Assembly: GCA_038234815.1 (NCBI GenBank)
Contig: JBBQSU010000121.1
Span: forward strand, 1-10,402
DNA: 10,402 bases
Direction: 5' to 3'
DNA from: Tepidisphaerales bacterium
GTDB lineage: Bacteria; Planctomycetota; Phycisphaerae; Tepidisphaerales; Tepidisphaeraceae
Shown here: piece after piece, positions 7,274 through 10,402 of the stretch
Numbering within the stretch: the first letter of the stretch is position 1
How the letters are laid out: each line of letters begins with the position of its first letter
Translations under genes and position numbers: made by a program
Notes under the pieces: generated by a model
Told to the model about the DNA's origin: nothing
What the model saw: only the letters and a program-made list of their open reading frames with translations
The model's database searches: none

Positions 7274-8374
7274 TCAGGGATTTGATTTCGACGCATCCGG
7301 CGCGTGCGCTTCAAGCCAAGCTTGCTTCCACACGCGTTGGACGCGGGCTACGGCCCAGGCGAGTTGCTGAGCTTTCATTCCCATGACGCTCGCGGTCGCG
7401 CCGCCATAGGGGCCTTTGAACCGGAAGAAGACCTCAGTGTCGAGCGGTTGAAAATCTCTGGAGGGAACTTCCGGTGTGCCACGACTCTGTGTTGCCTTCA
7501 TCGCGGCGAGGCCGATCAACGGGAGCGCGTCGTAACTTTTCAGGCTGATTTGCAGGGTTGCCTGAAATAGGTCGTTGGTCTGGATCGGGTCTTTGAAAAC
7601 CAAGAGTTGATTTTCAAATAGCGGCCAGAATTCTTGCCGCAAAGCCATGAAGTCATTGTTCTCATCGTCGATCATTTTGTACTCAACTTCGGCATGGACA
7701 TTGGGGCGTTTTTTTAGCGGACCGGCGAAGTATTCGGAACTTTTGTAGTCGACCGTCGCGTGTTGCGGCTGGGTATTGTCTTCCAGATAGTGGGCGAGGT
7801 ATCCGGCCCAGCGGACGGCATTGTCGTTGTCCGGTGTTTCTGACAGGTGGTTTTCCTTAATTGCCTTCACCAGATTCTGGTAGCTCTCCTCCACGCGAAA
7901 CGGCAGAAAGCCCGCCTGCAAAAACCTCGGGTCTTTCAGATCGTGCGGGATATTTTCGATCTGCGGCTTGCTTGAAAGGTCAGGCTTATAAACGCGCTTG
8001 GCGTCACCACTGATGAAGTATTCGAGGTCGATGTAATGCAGGAGGCGTTCGGGCTCGCCGTACGGCTCAATCTTGGTATCTCGGTCGGCATTGGCGCGGA
8101 TGTCCGGCTCGACCGCGAAGGCCAGCACTCCCGACAGTCCTCTGGGCATGGCGCCCAGACGGGCAGTCATAAAGAACGCCTTCTCACCGGACAAATCCAT
8201 GGTTTGGCCGAGAATCTGCGTCAGCCATTTTTTCATCTCCGGTGGCGTAGTCGGATCGTTCAGCAGGTGTGTGCCGGCAATGCGAGTGAGCTGAACGTGT
8301 TCCTTGGCGCTCCAGGCGAACGAAATCGTCGCAGATAAAAGCAGAAGCACTAGCGCGTTGAATAAGCGATACAT
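7274..8374 (-). CDS. Secreted S1/P1-family zinc-dependent nuclease (~366 aa precursor)
   Basis: Signal peptide MYRLFNALVLLLLSATISFA|WSAKEH. The mature N-terminus W-x4-H matches the P1 nuclease zinc ligands Trp1/His6. LLHYIDLE matches P1 LHFIDAED. AGYLAHYLEDNTQPQHAT matches P1 LVHFIGDMTQPLHDE (His/Asp/His zinc ligands). HAEVE matches P1 HSDWD. Start is the ATG at 8374 (GGAG SD, 8-nt spacer); the ORF track begins at the in-frame GTG at 8383. Confidence 0.8.
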   Translation of the reverse strand: MYRLFNALVLLLLSATISFAWSAKEHVQLTRIAGTHLLNDPTTPPEMKKWLTQILGQTMDLSGEKAFFMTARLGAMPRGLSGVLAFAVEPDIRANADRDTKIEPYGEPERLLHYIDLEYFISGDAKRVYKPDLSSKPQIENIPHDLKDPRFLQAGFLPFRVEESYQNLVKAIKENHLSETPDNDNAVRWAGYLAHYLEDNTQPQHATVDYKSSEYFAGPLKKRPNVHAEVEYKMIDDENNDFMALRQEFWPLFENQLLVFKDPIQTNDLFQATLQISLKSYDALPLIGLAAMKATQSRGTPEVPSRDFQPLDTEVFFRFKGPYGGATASVMGMKAQQLAWAVARVQRVWKQAWLEAHAPDASKSNP

Positions 8375-8381
8375 TGAAAAC

Positions 8382-8415
8382 ACTCCGTTAATAACGACGG
8401 CCCCGTCAACGGAGT
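8382..8415 (-). promoter_or_regulatory. Stem-loop with an 8-bp outer stem (ACTCCGTT / AACGGAGT) enclosing an inner GACGG/CCGTC stem. On the minus-strand transcript it is followed by GUUUUCA and then the nuclease AUG. The 3' arm contains the nuclease SD (GGAG). Candidate intrinsic terminator for the upstream gene and/or translational attenuator of the nuclease
   Basis: Inverted repeat read directly from sequence. It lies 22 nt downstream of the stop (8438-8440) of the upstream minus-strand CDS and ends 7 nt before the ATG at 8374. Confidence 0.35.
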
Positions 8416-8437
8416 TGTACGCGCCTGCAGCGAATGT

Positions 8438-9019
8438 TCAAAGCCCTGTCAGGGGATCCCCGAACACAATGCTTGCAATCGCCGGTTCGGAGTCAGAGAG
8501 TTTGATCTTGACCAGCACCAGAAGGACGCGGCCATCGGCGGCGGAATCGAGGACTGGTGACTGATAAAATACCAGGACGCCAACGGACTCGCCCGGCTGG
8601 GGTTTGAGGGTTTGACGTATCAGGCGGGCCGCAGTGGCATTCGCTTCGGTGGGATCGGCGGGCGTCATGCGACGCTTGGTCGCTACCGGGACGTCGTTCG
8701 TGGCAATATCTTGACTAATGTCGGTTGCCAACTGCTGCGGTACGTCGGCGAAAACGCGAGACGAGAGCAGCGCCGACGCGCCGAACATTTCGGCCATTTG
8801 GCGCGCGTCTGAGTCTGCGGTCGACCCGAAGGTGCGAACCTGCGCAAGGCCGACAAGTTGCATCACTCCTTCGGTGTCGGCGGATTTTAATGCGCCGATG
8901 AACTGCTCAATCACTGGCCCGAGCGTCGCCGGAGCCGGCTGTGTGGCTGCGGCAGCCTGCGCCGACGGCGTGCAGCAGGTCAAAGTCAACATGACTAGCA
9001 GTGAAAGCAATCTCCGCAT
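8438..9019 (-). CDS. Hypothetical secreted/periplasmic protein (193 aa)
   Basis: N-terminal signal peptide MRRLLSLLVMLTLTCCTPSAQA|AAA (AxA cleavage motif; the Cys residues do not sit in a canonical lipobox). GGAG 4 nt upstream of the ATG. No recognisable catalytic motifs. Upstream of the nuclease on the same strand. Confidence 0.65.
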   Translation of the reverse strand: MRRLLSLLVMLTLTCCTPSAQAAAATQPAPATLGPVIEQFIGALKSADTEGVMQLVGLAQVRTFGSTADSDARQMAEMFGASALLSSRVFADVPQQLATDISQDIATNDVPVATKRRMTPADPTEANATAARLIRQTLKPQPGESVGVLVFYQSPVLDSAADGRVLLVLVKIKLSDSEPAIASIVFGDPLTGL

Positions 9020-9130
9020 GGCATCTCCATCCGATCTATCGGCTCGGAGTGCGGTACAAATAGCGCGGAATCGTTATGGGACTTGGGCAGAGGTAGAGAT
9101 GTGCAAACTGCAAAAGGCTTTCTTGCCAGC

Positions 9131-10024
9131 TTATTTCATGGCCTCGACCCCGCCCATGATTTCCGAAAGCTCTGTTGTGATCTGGCTCTGCCGAGCGCGG
9201 TTGTACTCCATCGACAATGCTTTCTGCATCTTGTCGGCGTTGTCGGTGGCGCTCTTCATCGCGACCATGCGAGCGACGTGCTCGCTCGTGGTGGCGTCCA
9301 AGAATGACTGAAAGCTGTCAGCTTTGACGGTGAGCGGAAGAAGCTCGTCGAGCAATTCCCTGGGCGACGGGGAAAAATCGTACAGCGTCTCCGAATGCAA
9401 CGCGGCTTGGCCGACTGCGGTCGATTCCTTGGTCAGCTCGCCTAATGGCAAAAGCGTTAGGACATCTGGCTTTTGCACGCCAGCGCTGACGAAGTTCATA
9501 TGGACGATAAAAACCGCGTCCACTTTCGCCTGCACGAACTGGTCCATCAACATCTGCGTGATCCGTTCCACGTCGGCGTAGGTTGGAACGTCGCTGGCGT
9601 CTAATCGCTGCGTGATTGGGCGCTTGAGAAAGTTGAAATAGCTGACGCCCTTCTTCCCCGCGACGTACAGATCGACGGCCTTGCCGGCAGATTCCTGCTG
9701 CTTAATGAAATGAATTGCCAAGCGAAGCACGCTGCCGTTGTATGCACCGGCTAATCCACGATTGCTGGTGAGTACCACAACTGCGATCTTGTTCGTTCGG
9801 TCGGCATCTGAAGGCTTTCGGAGCAGCGGGTGCTGCACGTCGCCGACGTTGCCGGCCAATTCATGGACTAACTCGCGGACTTTCAGGGTATAGGGCTTTG
9901 TGCCGACGGCACGCTTCAGCGACTTTTGAAATTTCGCCGTGGCGATCATCTGCATCGTCTTGGTGATCTTCTTGATATTTCGAACCGCCTTGCGGCGCTT
10001 CACAATCGCTCGTGCTTTTGCCAT
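9131..10024 (-). CDS. atpG: F0F1 ATP synthase gamma subunit (297 aa)
   Basis: N-terminus MAKARAIVKRRKAVRNIKKITKTMQMIATAK matches the AtpG consensus (IrrRIkSVknTqKITkAMemVAaaK). C-terminus HVARMVAMKSATDNA ... YNRARQSQITTELSEI matches E. coli ARMVAMKAATDN / YNKARQASITQELTEI. Confidence 0.9.
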   Translation of the reverse strand: MAKARAIVKRRKAVRNIKKITKTMQMIATAKFQKSLKRAVGTKPYTLKVRELVHELAGNVGDVQHPLLRKPSDADRTNKIAVVVLTSNRGLAGAYNGSVLRLAIHFIKQQESAGKAVDLYVAGKKGVSYFNFLKRPITQRLDASDVPTYADVERITQMLMDQFVQAKVDAVFIVHMNFVSAGVQKPDVLTLLPLGELTKESTAVGQAALHSETLYDFSPSPRELLDELLPLTVKADSFQSFLDATTSEHVARMVAMKSATDNADKMQKALSMEYNRARQSQITTELSEIMGGVEAMK

Positions 10025-10134
10025 TGGTCTGATCCGTTTGATCTTCTCGAATTAAGCTGGTCTGGAAGAGCGGCGATGCCGTAAACAAGGAAAAGCTCAT
10101 GACCGGCGGAGTTTACCGGCCGCCCGGGCCTGCT

Positions 10135-10402
10135 CTATCCGGCTCGCAGTTTCTTGATTCGGGTTTGAACGTCACGATAACCCGCGTCCCACTGAAACAC
10201 CTGGCTGTAAGATTTAAGAGCTGCAGGCAGGTCGCCCTTGGTTTCCAGTGCCCGGCCAAGCCAGTAAGTCATTTCCTTAGACTTATTGTCGCCTTTTACT
10301 GCATACTCATTGAAAGCCACCTGCAGTGTTTCCACGGCTTCATCATTAAAGCCGGCTTCGAGGAACGATCGGCCAAGGAACGTCTGTGCGTCATAGCGAA
10401 AC
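10135..10402 (-). CDS. TPR-like repeat protein, C-terminal fragment (N-terminus lies beyond the window edge)
   Basis: The frame is open from the window edge to the stop at 10135-10137. Translation ...FLGRSFLEAGFNDEAVETLQVAFNEYAVKGDNKSKEMTYWLGRALETKGDLPAALKSYSQVFQWDAGY shows TPR-type A/L/Y/G spacing. The ORF track shows only the portion from an internal GTG. Confidence 0.55.
   Translation of the reverse strand, partial: FRYDAQTFLGRSFLEAGFNDEAVETLQVAFNEYAVKGDNKSKEMTYWLGRALETKGDLPAALKSYSQVFQWDAGYRDVQTRIKKLRAG

Noticed and set aside
8372-8383. GTG at 8383 as the nuclease start codon (as in the ORF track)
   Set aside because: The in-frame ATG at 8374 has a GGAG SD at the proper spacing and yields a canonical signal-peptide n-region (MYR). 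The GTG would add only MFS and sits inside the stem-loop.
8718-9311. 197-aa plus-strand ORF overlapping the secreted hypothetical gene and the atpG 3' end
   Set aside because: Antisense to atpG (strong homology) and to a gene with a signal peptide and SD. No motifs; Cys/Ala/Ser-rich artefact.
10025-10134. Candidate terminator hairpin (GGCGG/CCGCC with a U-rich run) between the TPR gene and atpG
   Set aside because: 5-bp stem with an 8-nt gap before the U-tract; does not meet usual intrinsic-terminator geometry. The TPR gene and atpG may be co-transcribed.

Overview
This is a GC-rich (~60%) bacterial chromosomal segment carrying nine protein-coding genes; no rRNA, tRNA, CRISPR or mobile-element signatures were seen. 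Gene content, in order: (1) a large secreted multi-domain protein at 259..2895 (+), with a CBM4/9-like N-terminal beta-sandwich and a NEW3-like C-terminal domain. (2) A two-gene minus-strand module at 2921..5152: a YdjI-like SPFH/Band-7 protein fused to a C-terminal Xis-type helix-turn-helix (HTH), followed by a double zinc-ribbon protein with a C-terminal membrane anchor. (3) A divergent GNAT acetyltransferase tightly linked to an MgtE Mg2+ transporter at 5306..7252 (+). (4) A minus-strand block of TPR protein (partial) -> orphan atpG -> secreted hypothetical -> secreted S1/P1-family zinc nuclease at 7274..10402. The most interesting candidate is the SPFH-HTH plus zinc-ribbon membrane-protein pair. 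It resembles the Bacillus PspA-associated YdjGHI module but lacks PspA and carries an unusual DNA-binding-domain fusion. Other observations: a short tandem repeat (3 x ~12 nt) in the low-GC region upstream of gene 1; a stem-loop that sequesters the Shine-Dalgarno of the nuclease gene; an ATP synthase gamma gene detached from atpA/atpD. Many long antisense ORFs in the six-frame track are GC-rich-genome artefacts. All functional calls come from motif recognition by eye and no database search was run. Taxon is unknown; the long signal peptides and weak Shine-Dalgarno usage would fit a Planctomycetota-like organism, but this is a guess.
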